Shown: in pieces, positions 14,301 through 36,400 of the stretch
How positions within the stretch are numbered: position 1 is the first letter of the stretch
How the letters are laid out: every line of letters starts with the position of its first letter
Program-made: the position numbers and the translations under genes
Notes under the pieces: model-generated
What the model saw: the letters and a program-made list of their open reading frames with translations, nothing else
Database searches by the model: none
Told to the model about the DNA's origin: nothing
Source: Hormiphora californensis
Lineage: Eukaryota; Animalia; Ctenophora
Direction of reading: 5' to 3'
NCBI GenBank assembly: GCA_020137815.1
Contig: CM035361.1
Coordinates: 6,076,001-6,140,000 of the forward strand
DNA length: 64,000 bases

Positions 14301-14771
14301 CAAATCCAAACCCCCAAACCAGGCCGGGGAAAGGAATCACTTTGGTACCACCCCTCTATCTCACCTACGAGACGGCCTAAAAGAAGAAGAAGAAGAAGGC
14401 TTCGCAAACGGGCCAATGAGGGAAGGACGCCGTGAAGGGAGCCCGGACGTGACACCACGCGACGAAATTTTCACAGATTTTTTAAAAAATTTGAAGTTTC
14501 AAGAAACTAGAACGCGCGGCGCGTCGCATCAAATGCAGCGAAAGTTGTAAATTTTCGCTTGATCCAAACCAAATGCGCAAATTTGTCGATACCGATACGG
14601 ACTCCAAGCTCATTTCTGCATTTGTCAACACCTTGAGTAATTGGGCCAGAATTATATCACTCCGCAGTAAATCAATATGTGGCATAACCCAACTGACCTT
14701 TTTTGTCCAGGGAGTGGCCTGGCTATTCCCAGATTTCACAAAAACAACGTGCCGTCGTGCCGATATCGTAA

Positions 14772-14920
14772 AGTCGGTTTTTTTGAAACTGTCACCCCCC
14801 TTTTCGTGCGCGGAATGTTTTTGCGCGTCACATCACATGTTAACGTGTGGTGTGCGCGTCAAAATTGATAAATTTCACATGCGCGGTCATTTGGGGGTGA
14901 CAGTTTCAAAAAATCCGACT
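14772..14920. mobile_element. 149-bp MITE with AG...CT termini and TTAA-type target (Kolobok-like), intact copy
   Basis: TIR agtcgg(t/a)ttttttgaaactgtcaccccc; flanked by gtaa and ttaa; split copy at 26497-29967. Confidence 0.8.
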
Positions 14921-15448
14921 TTAATATTTCTGTCAGGCCAATGCGCTGACCACAGTTCTTGAGAGAAACGAGAATGGGTCAGGCCAATGCTCTGACAGTA
15001 ATATTTCAAATTAAAACGAGGAATATATGAATTTTGGTTTAATTATAAAATCGTTTAATAAAGCCCTCTGATTGCAGCATCAGCATTGTTACATATGAAA
15101 ACATGGATAAATAGCATAGTTATTATAGGTCACTGTTCTTTTAGAAGAAACTTCGCTGTCCAATTCTCATCGACAAATCGTGCAATAATATAGCTATGTT
15201 CTCAAGGCATATTCTGGTAATTAAGTGATGTTTTTATTTAAGAAAAGCCCAAACAAGTGAAGCTCTCAATTGGGGTTTCAAAATATCAGACGGTCACACG
15301 GTTATGGACCCATTGTAACATGAGAATCCCCAAGTGAGGGTCATCGTTGTTTGGGTTGTCCCAAAAAATCCAATCAATAAAATCAAACTCTTATTTTCAT
15401 ATGTTCATTGTGTCTCTCTCACTAATTAGAGCATCCCAAATCCTCCGT

Positions 15449-26401
<10,953 letters not shown>

Positions 26402-26578
26402 TCTGTGTAAAGGGGTGTGGCTGATAAAACTGGATTTGAGTTAAAATTATGATTTATGTTTTCACTAAAATTCCAGCGATATGCGACAGAATTTAAAGTC
26501 GGATTTTTTGAAACTGTCACCCCCCTTTTCGTGCGCGGAATGTTTTTGCGCGTCACATCACATGTTAACGTGTGGTGT

Positions 26579-29500
26579 TTAAGTTTAAGTTTAAGTTTAT
26601 GCACAATTTATCACAAAGTCACACACATTAATACATATATAACTTCGTCCCGCTCTTACACCATACACCAATAAAAGTGATACAAGGCTGAGAGGTGAAA
26701 ATATACAGTTCACATCAGCGGTTTCCTAAAGCGGTGTAAACAATACTTAGAGACAGTGAAACATATCCTTATAGTAGCATTGGATGCACAAAAACGAGGA
26801 ACAATGGAAAATAGAAAACTGAAACAAGGTGATGAACAAACAAAACAAGCAGACAGACATAAAACAGATTAAAAACAGATTAAACACAAAGTCACTGACG
26901 CAAAACACAACATCAACAGTCAATACAAAACGGTTAATGCAAAACCATGATAACAAACTTACAAGCACATTCACAGACAAACAAACAATCACAAACACAT
27001 ATACACAGATTCGGTAATAAATTATAAATTAGCTGTCCTTCAAACACACACTCACTGAAGAGTCCTTGACTAGTTTTTTATCGAGAAAAACGTATTGAGA
27101 AAAACGGTATGTATGGGTCTTCTTTCTTCATTCTTCGGCATAAAACTCAGCCAATCTGGAACCTCAGCTACTCAAACTCTGCTAAACAACTCAGAGGCCA
27201 GAAAATGTTAACAATTTACACAAAATGCACACTTGAAAATATTAACTCATTGACTCAGTCATGGGTGGTCCCTCTACTAAGTCTCAGGTAGATGTAGGAA
27301 GGAATGGTGTAGAAAGTAGGAAGGGATGTAGGAAGGAATATAGGAAGGAATGGTGCAGAATAGAGACAGTAGGTCATAGGTGGGATGTAAGGGAGCTGGA
27401 GAGAGGGTCTGGAAGAAGAGACAGCACCCAGGACACGGGAGACCCAGGAACGAACCAGGTAAGGACAGGGAGGCAGACTATTTAGTTCCAGGAAGAAATG
27501 ATGTAGGATTGAGAAAGCAGGTCATAGGTGGGATATAGGAGAGCTGGAGTGTGTTGGTCTGGAAGTAGGGCGTGGTGGCAATGGTAGCGAGAGACAGCAG
27601 ACAGGTCACGAGAACCTAGGTACGAACCAGGTAAGGACAGGGAGGTAGACTATTTAGTTCCAGGAAGAATTGATGTAGGATTGAGAAAGCAGGTCATAGG
27701 TGGGATATAGGGGAGCTTGAGCGTGTTGGTCTGGAAGTAGGGCGTGGTGGCAGTGATAGCGAGAGACAGCAGACAGGACACGGGAACCCAGGAACGAACC
27801 AGGTAATGCCAAGGGAGGGATCTATTTCCCAAAAGTTGTGAAACAGGATTAGATTTAGAACCGCATGCAATGAATAGTATAGGCAAGGAATAATGAAGCG
27901 TTTATGTGCGGAGCTGGAGCCTGGGGGAAAACAACGGATTTACTGTGAAGTTAACTGGACTGGGTGCCCAGGAAATTATGCGGGTAGATTTGTGCCGGGA
28001 AGATGGTGCGGTGCTGATAAAATGCCGAGTGAGGTTTATTCAGGTCCATAAGCCAAAGTAAACATATGGGTTTTCAAGGCCTTTTTAAGGGTACACCTCG
28101 GCAAAATTTTTGTCGATTGCCCGCTTAGCTCTCCATATGGGGTTGTAGGGCATACCAAGCCGACCTCAAATATGCAATTTTAGCCCTTAACTCGAATTCA
28201 TATTTTTGCTACAGCCCCTCAAAGTTTGACCCTAAAAACCGGTTTTTAAGGTCCCTAAATTTTATTTTTAGGGCTAGAAAGTTGAAAATTTAGGGATTCA
28301 TGGAGGATACCAAGGTGTATAGCTCAAACAGAAATTTTTTGAAATGGAGCTCAATTTTTTGTCTGAGACTATTTTACTTTTTTTGACTTTGAGGCCATAT
28401 TTGGACATGTTCCTATGGACCGTTAAGGCTAAAAATTGGATATTTGGTGCTCCTAACAATTGTCAAAGTAGCCACAAATTTTCAGGAGGTCCGAATTTGA
28501 AATGTGGCCTACAGGTTTCTTTTTGTAAAGCACATATTTTAGGAACACTTAAAACGGCTATATCTCAAAAACGGTAGGTCCTAGCGATCTAATTTTGTGC
28601 TAAATCGGTTCAGCGGGTCCAATTTTGGGGGGGTCGTCTCCTAGACATTTTGCTCTAAGTCTAACCGTTTTTTCAGAAATCGTATTTTAAGATTTGTACA
28701 TGTTTAGCAGAAATAGGTAAGATTAGCTCTAGCTAGAAGCATTTCTGCTAAACATGTACAAACCTTAAAATACGATTTCTGAAAAAACGGTTAAACTTAG
28801 AGCAAAATGTCTAAGAGACGACCCCCCCAAAATCGGACCCGCTGAATCGATTTAGCACAAAATTAGATCGCTAGGACCTACCGTTTTTGAGATATAGCCG
28901 TTTTAAGTTTTCCTAAAATATGTGCTTTACAAAAAGAAACCTGTAGGCCACATTTCAAATTCGGACCTCCTGAAAATTTGTGGCTACTTTGACAATTGTT
29001 AGGAGCACCTAATATCCAATTTTTAGCCTTAACGGTCCATAGGAACATGTCCAAATATGGCCTCAAAGTCAAAAAAAGTAAACTAGTCTCAGACAAAAAA
29101 TTGAGCTCCATTTCAAAAAATTTCTGTTTGAGCTATACACCTTGGTATCCTCTATGAATCCCTAAATTTTCAGCTTTCTAGCCCTAAAAATAAAATTTAG
29201 GGACCTTAAAAACCGGTTTTTAGGGTCAAACTTCGAGGGGCTGTAGCAAAAATATGAATTCGAGTTAAGGGCTAAAATTGCATATTTGAGGTCGGCTTGG
29301 TATGCCCTACAACCCCATATGGAGAGCTAAGCGGGCACTCGACAAAAATTTTGCCGAGGTGTACCCTTAAACATCGGCAAGGTTTCCGTGGTTCGAATTT
29401 CTTTAGGTAGGCGATTCCAGATCCTCGGAGCAGCTATACTAAAAGCTCTCTCAGTGGTTTTGTAGTTGTAGTTACTGTGTACCTCTTTCAGTCTTGTCGT

Positions 29501-29896
29501 GTCACAGTCGACTCTTAAACTCATCGGTTTTTGTTTCCGTCTTTGCAGCATTTCTGATATGTATCCAGGCGTCCCATTATTCAGGGATTTGTATACCATC
29601 ATACAGATCTTATATTCTATTCTGTGTCTAACAGGTAGGAAGTGGGATTTTTTCCGTAGATCTGTTACACCACGTCTGCTACGTTTACCATGGACAAAGC
29701 GAGTAGCAGAGTTCTGTAGCTTCTGAAGACGCTTCACATCCTTGTCTTTGAGACCTATCAGTAGAGCGCTACAATAATCAATTTTTGAGTGTATAAGTGA
29801 GTTCACAAGTTGGGTCTTTTGCTTTTTGTTCAGTTTGCCTACAATTCTCCACATGTTGACGAGTTGGTAGTTGCACGACTGAACAACTCTGGAGAC
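26579..29896 (-). mobile_element. 5'-truncated L2/CR1-group LINE (ORF2 C-terminus, long 3'UTR, (TTAAAC)n tail)
   Basis: SKIDYCS..LQKLQNSATR..LPVRHRIEYKI..RAFSIAAPRIWNRLP..TLPMFK resumes across the foldback as KALKTHMFTLAYGPE* (stop ~28036); ~175-bp tandem repeats at 27370-27810. Confidence 0.88.
28089..29366. mobile_element. 1278-bp foldback element (626-bp arms, 26-bp spacer), TTAA TSD, GG...CC termini (Kolobok-like, non-autonomous)
   Basis: ttaa|gggtacacctcggc ... gccgaggtgtaccc|ttaa; arms 28089-28714 and 28741-29366 are nearly identical; diverged relative near 17785-17890. Confidence 0.92.
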
Positions 29897-30475
29897 GTGT
29901 GCGCGTCGAAATTGATAAATTTCACATGCGCGGTCGTTTTGGGGTGACAGTTTCAAAAAATCCGACTTTAAACATCCAGCAGAGTTTATGCCCAGAGTAT
30001 GATAAAAAAACTATCAGCGGTGAACGAACTGCGTGAACTTGAAGGGAGAACGTTCTGAGAAACCGTGTGTGCTAAATTTTGTGTTTCTCTCTTGGATTTC
30101 AGCTTTACTTTTTTTTGTTGATAAATCGCGCGCGCGATAAAAAGCAGTTTTACGCAGTGCGTCGTGAGATTCAATTATTCGCCGCCAACTAGGGAAATAA
30201 GCAGAAAGGAGGAAAAATTTCGGAAAGAAACAAGGAATTCGCCGCCAACAGACAATCTGAAAGAGTTCTGCACCTCACCCTGACCGTATAGCACGAAAAA
30301 CAACTCTTTTAAACGGTTAAAGAATTGAATTTAAAATCCCAGTTAACTTATTAGATGATTTACACAGTAAACACTATTAAAGTTCAACATGAACACACAT
30401 GCTAATAAAATCGAGCCAGCTCTAGAAATGTCCTTCCTTGACAAATAAATCAGTTATCTCAAAACCTAAGCATCA

Positions 30476-33400
30476 TCATTCATTTGAATCAGTCTTCACG
30501 ATAGCGTTGATATCATCGCAGAAGGCAAGATAGTTGAACACATTCATTCCTCCGACCCTGACTTTGTACTGTTCCTCCAGAGCGTGGAACTCTAGCTCGT
30601 CTGTGATCCAACATAGGATACACAGGACACGTCGGAACTGAGGAATACAATCGTTAAACTGGGTCAAAGTTTGTACTTTGTTGTTTGTACCCGGGGCACT
30701 TGTCAGCGCCAAGGACTCTTTTACACTCCCGCGCGCGAGATTTCTAATCCAAACGCTATGGCGCGCTACGTTTATGGCTCAGCCGGGAGACATGACTCCG
30801 CTCCAGTTTGCTCAAAACTGGATTCATTTCCGGGACAATTTCAAAAGTTTTTTAGGCTAAGCCCTAACCTGAGAATATGTGACTGTTCCGTTTCTGCACT
30901 TATCGTAATCTTCAAACATAGGGTACAGCTGCATTCGTCGGGTTTTTACAAATTGTGCGAGATGCGTCATCACAGAATCGTACACTTTTTGGAGTGGTGT
31001 TGCCAGGGAGTTCTTCAGGTGTTCGGGTGTGATTTTATACTGTTCAACCTGAGAGACACAATGTGTTCAGAAAATAACAAGCTCGCGATTTCAGTTCAAA
31101 ACTTAAAAAAAGAAAGAATTGTCTAGACTCTAGTTCAGCTTGATCTTTGTTGACATGTTCCTTGTCTGTCAGCATTAAATGGCCGAATGGACAGACTGCG
31201 AAGCATGGCAAGATCTTTGTTACCTGGGTAGTAGGTGCTTTTTCCAGACCTTTCACGGTAAATATACTTTCGATTTCATCATTAAATTTGTGATAGTAGA
31301 TACAATCTTCCTTCCCCACTACCTCTGATTGATACCTGCAACGCAATGGTGTGTTTTAAAAGGAATTGGTGTGTTTCGAAATAGTTTGCGGGGAGTAATG
31401 GAATGTCTTAGAAATAGCGTACAAAGCTGATAATATGAGAATTGGGGAAGTCCCCAGACACGGTGTCCCTTAAGGAGGTGAAACCTCGACTAGAATAAGT
31501 TTTTTGGAGACCGGACCTAGGTTACGTATTTTTGACCGAGGAATCCGAAAAACATAAAATTAAAATCGAAAACGTAGCGGTTTTTGCGTAAAACGGCAAA
31601 AACTGTCATTTTTCAGCGATTTTCGACTTTTTACGCTTTCTAGAGATTTAAAAAATATTTCCTTACAAGATATGATCTTGTGCTTCTAGACTAATAAAAT
31701 ACAATCGATTTGCTACAAATTGGTCCCGGGTTTGTGTGATTTGGTCAAAAGCTCTCTTTACTGTGGCCCATCAAAGATGGCCACTCTGCAAATATGTATT
31801 TGGCTCCTGTGGCCGCAGATGTAAACCAAAATAAGATTTATTATACACCAAAATTTGCGTCTTCTCAAGGCGAACAACATGGTTTTTACGGCATTCCATT
31901 TCATGCAGGCGTTGAGGAGTTACAGCTGAAAAACTGGTACAGTGGATTTTGGAAATACCCCTACTTCAACAAACCCTAATCCAGATAAGATTTCGAAAAA
32001 TATACATCTGCATACATGAAAATGAAGCTCAGGCAAATGCCAACGTGATGCAAAAACGGGAAGTGTCTAACTTATTTCGTTTAGAAGCTATAGCCAAAGT
32101 AAAAGTGCTTATATTTGCCTTGAAAACACCCTCTAAAAACCATACTTTTAGACAATTTCTGATAATTTCAAACAAATTCTGTCCACAGGGGGCTAAGTTG
32201 GTGCACTGGAGGTGACATTTTATTCGTATTGCATTTTTAGACAGATTTGCTGTTTTTCAGGGCTTTTAGAGGGTGTTTTCAAGGAAATATAAGCACTTTT
32301 ACTTTGGCTATAGCTTCTAAACGAAATAAGTTAGACACTTCCCGTTTTTGCATCACGTTGGCATTTGCCTGAGCTTCATTTTCATGTATGCAGATGTATA
32401 TTTTTCGAAATCTTATCTGGATTAGGGTTTGTTGAAGTAGGGGTATTTCCAAAATCCACTGTACCAGTTTTTCAGCTGTAACTCCTCAACGCCTGCATGA
32501 AATGGAATGCCGTAAAAACCATGTTGTTCGCATTGAGAAGACGCAAATTTTAGTGTATAATAAATCTTCTTTTGGTTTACATCTGCAGCCACAGGAGCCA
32601 AATACATATTTGCAGAGTGGCCATCTTTGATGGGCCACAGTAAAGAGAGCTTTTGACCAAATCACACAAACCCGGGACCAATTTGTAGCAAATCGATTGT
32701 ATTTTATTAGTCTAGAAGCACAAGATCATATCTTGTAAGGAAATATTTTTTAAATCTCTAGAAAGCGTAAAAAGTCGAAAATCGCTGAAAAATGACAGTT
32801 TTTGCCGTTTTACGCAAAAACCGCTACGTTTTCGATTTTAATTTTATGTTTTTCGGATTCCTCGGTCAACAAGAATTATTGCATTATGTATTCATAATGC
32901 TGTGTCTCCCTGCCCTACCGTTTCACATGTCAGTGACATTGTCACTGCCAACAGGATCAAGGCTTGGTCATAATGTAATGTGAGATGCATACGATCTAGC
33001 TGTCAGTATACTTCTCACATAGCTTAGAGTTAGCTAACTCCCAATCACATGACACTTGCTAACCAGCTTTTGATATTCCAACTTAACTACTTATCTAACA
33101 TCTCACACTCGACTCGCAAGATGAAAATGTGTATGTAACACGCGAAACGCGCGGCAGAGAGTAGCTCGTCACTGTGCGCGCGGCTCTAGTTGCTACACCG
33201 TTGCCCTCGCAACGAAAGTGTGACCAAAAAATGTCCCTCTACCGATTAGTTAGTATACCAAAATGTCGTTTTCGAATTCTAACCCTGCTATGCCTTTTTA
33301 CACAGTAAAAAGGCATCCAGGTGAATGCCTTCGGCATTCACCCGGGCAGGGAAAAATACGTAACCTAGGTCCGGTCTCCAAAAAACTTATTCTAGTCGAG

Positions 33401-36400
33401 GTTTCACCTCCTTAAGGGACACCGTGCAGAAGTTTTACTTACTCCTTTGCAAGGAGGTCAATTTCATCAACTGTGAGATTAAGACCACAAAGATCCAAAG
33501 CTCTGGTAAAGTTAGACTTGAGGATACGTCCAGATGTCAGTTTGTCGTAATCCTAATTGGAAATGAAAACATTACTAGAAGACAAAGAAGCTGAAAAAGT
33601 CATTCTATAATTATAATACTGCACCAAATCACAAACCTTGAAAAATTCGAGCAATCGTATTCTTCGTTTCATCACGTTTTCCTTGATTTTGTCCAAAACT
33701 CCCTCCACCGTTTTGCAGCCTTCATTTTTCAACAATCTCTCTGTGCCAGCCTGGGGGAAATTTATATTTTTTAGATTTGTTCAATGAAAAACAGTTCCCC
33801 TGCAGTACCAAAAGGGTCCAAACTCCAATAGGGGGGGGGGGTAGAATGTGTATAAAAACAGCTCACACAACGGTGAAAAATTAATATAATGGGGACTAAT
33901 ATTCACTAGCTTACCTCACGAAACTGAATATGAGAGATCATCTCCGCCAGATTTTTCTCATACTTCCTCGGTTCTTTGGCAACTGGGTCAAGATCTTCAA
34001 AAAACTTGTGATAATTAATACCCTTGGAGTCCCCGTAGAGGGCTTCCAGTGCCTTTCGTTCCGGTTCCGTGCTTTCTAGACCCAGGTAGCTGAGCCCTTG
34101 GGCAAACTGGGAGGCACTCACATACCCATAGTTGAGTCTGTCAAAATCCTACAAAAAGGGATATTAATTTTAGTTCTTTGGATCGGAGGAGGTTTATTGG
34201 TCTTGATACAGAACGAGGATCCCCGATAAATACACCAAATAAATAGCTGATGTCAAATAATGCCACAAATACAATGACATCAAAAATGTATACAATGACG
34301 TCAAATAATGCCACAAATACAATGACGTCAACAAATACAATGACGTCACAAAATAAAATGACGTCATAATTTCACCTGAAAACAAGGTTTAGTCATGATC
34401 CTCCTCTGTGCAATTTGTTTCTCCATCCTCGCAATGGCGGTCTTTGCCAGAGCTTGTTTCTCTCCAGTCACCTGACCACTTGTGTCGTCCCACGACCCAA
34501 GGGTTATGTGGTCGTTTGGTTCCACTCGAAAATGGGGCTTCTTCTCCAAGTTTCGCTCAATCATAACTGTGTATTAGAGAGAGTATGCATGAGGGAAGGA
34601 GGTCATTATGTGTGGATGGACAAGGGCAGATACTTAGGAGATATATTTGGGTATCAGACAATTTCAATTACAGTTTTAAAAAACATACCACTTTCGATGG
34701 CCTGTTCAAACTGAACCCAAAGAACGTTTCCAGGCGTTCTTGGGTCAGCATAGTACTGGGAGAGAGATTCTAGTTCACTGGGGGTGAGGTTCTTGTGGTT
34801 ACCCTGCATGCTGGCTAATCCCTGGGGAGAGGGTGTGATTAGAGACAAAGAAACAAACAAATAAACAAACAAACAAACAAACAAACAAACAAAGAAACAA
34901 AGAAACAAGCAAACAAAGAAACAAAGAAACAAAGAAAGAAACAAACAAACAAACAAACAAACAAACAAACAAACCCGTTGGAAGAGACTCTTTGAGATGG
35001 ATCCACTTCGAAGACCATCAAAATCCTTGAAATGCTCACAAACTCGTACTCGATAAACTTTTACTTCACACTGGGGAGACAATTGGTTAAACCCTCCAGT
35101 AACGTAATAGCAGCATCATGGGCAATGAATATATTGGAAATTATAGTTACCCGAAGTCGTTCAATAAGCTTTGAAATGTTCACTTTTGTTGGTTCCGGTG
35201 TCTTTGGTTTAATATCGGCCGGGGTCAGCAGTCTGGATGATGCTTCCTCTTTTACTGGGGCTAAGGGGAAGGGAGTTTTGTTCAAAACAGATAATGGAGA
35301 TGGATAGATATTATATGATCGAACAGTGAAGCGCAGAATTGATGTGAGGGGATAATCATAATGCACTAGATTAGGTGGTCCCAGAGAATGATTATGTTAG
35401 TTGCGTAGCTAGACTATGTTTCACGCACCCCGCCCTTTACAAATGTAAAGGAGGGTTAGAACATAACAATATGTTAGCTCACAATTACCTTTTTCCTTAT
35501 CTATAGCTTCTACAAAGGCAGGGTAGTTCACGTCTGTACCGTTGGGTTCTTGGAACTTTTTACACAATACCTAGGGGAAGAAATATGTAAAAACTCGATT
35601 GACAGAGGGGAGGGGGGCTTCATTAAGATCACTTTATATTTTATTTTAAATCATGAAATTTAGTGTTCTTACATCACAATCCTTATCCGTTAGATCGACA
35701 TCAAAGAAGTTGAGAAGTCTTCGAAACTGTTCCTTGGTGACCCCCCTACTGAACAACTTGCCACGATCATAGTCTTTGAAAAAGGGATACAGCATAGTGA
35801 TACGTCGCCGTGTTACGTAATCCTAGGAAAGAGTAGTAGATTAGAAAAAAATTAGACATCTTTTTGGAGAGTGATGTTTAAGATTCAGAATATAACATAT
35901 CCTTGCGAGTTTAGGTTTACACACCTGCAGAGTGCTAAGAACTTGCTGTACGTGAGTCTCCTCTTCCTCACTGAGGATGTTCACCGGTTGGGCGAGGTCT
36001 CCCGTTTTGGGTCGATCCACCGTGGCAGTTGGGTTCTTCTCCAAATGGGGCACGTTGAAGGCTGCGAGGGAAGAAATTACACTTTTCATCTTACTGTTAT
36101 TAGCAAGAACATTTAGCAAATAGCAATGACCATGAATCATTGGAAAAGTTTGGAATCTGATGTTGCTTATACCATTTTCCATCAAGAAACAGAAGGCCCG
36201 GTAACACACTCTCCCATCTGGACCAATGTAGTGGTTGGCAATCTTGTCAACTTCTTCGCGAGTCAAGGGGCACCTGTTTCCTGTAGGGAGAGATTAATTA
36301 TTATCTAAATCCCTCTAAATGATTTGATATTGATGGACTTCATGTCTATTTCATAGCTACAAAAACGGACTAACGAATCAAATTGTGTCCACACTAACCG

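Larger units (their letters stand above)
8520..14394 (+). mobile_element. Full-length non-LTR retrotransposon, I-group (LOA/Lian/R1-like), with APE, RT, RNase H and CCHC knuckle
   Basis: TSD gaaggcttcgc at 8509-8519 and 14395-14405; (GAA)n tail; ~630-bp 5'UTR containing a ~130-bp tandem duplication; ORF1 and ORF2 present. Confidence 0.95.
26497..29967. mobile_element. Kolobok-like 149-bp MITE split by a LINE insertion (halves 26497-26578 and 29897-29967)
   Basis: TTAA on both outer sides; the halves rejoin to match the intact copy at 14772-14920, with gtgt duplicated. Confidence 0.9.

Noticed and set aside
28344-32607. Paired near-identical ORFs on opposite strands (77 aa at 28344/28878; 61 aa at 31794/32422)
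   Set aside because: By-products of foldback symmetry; no protein motifs.
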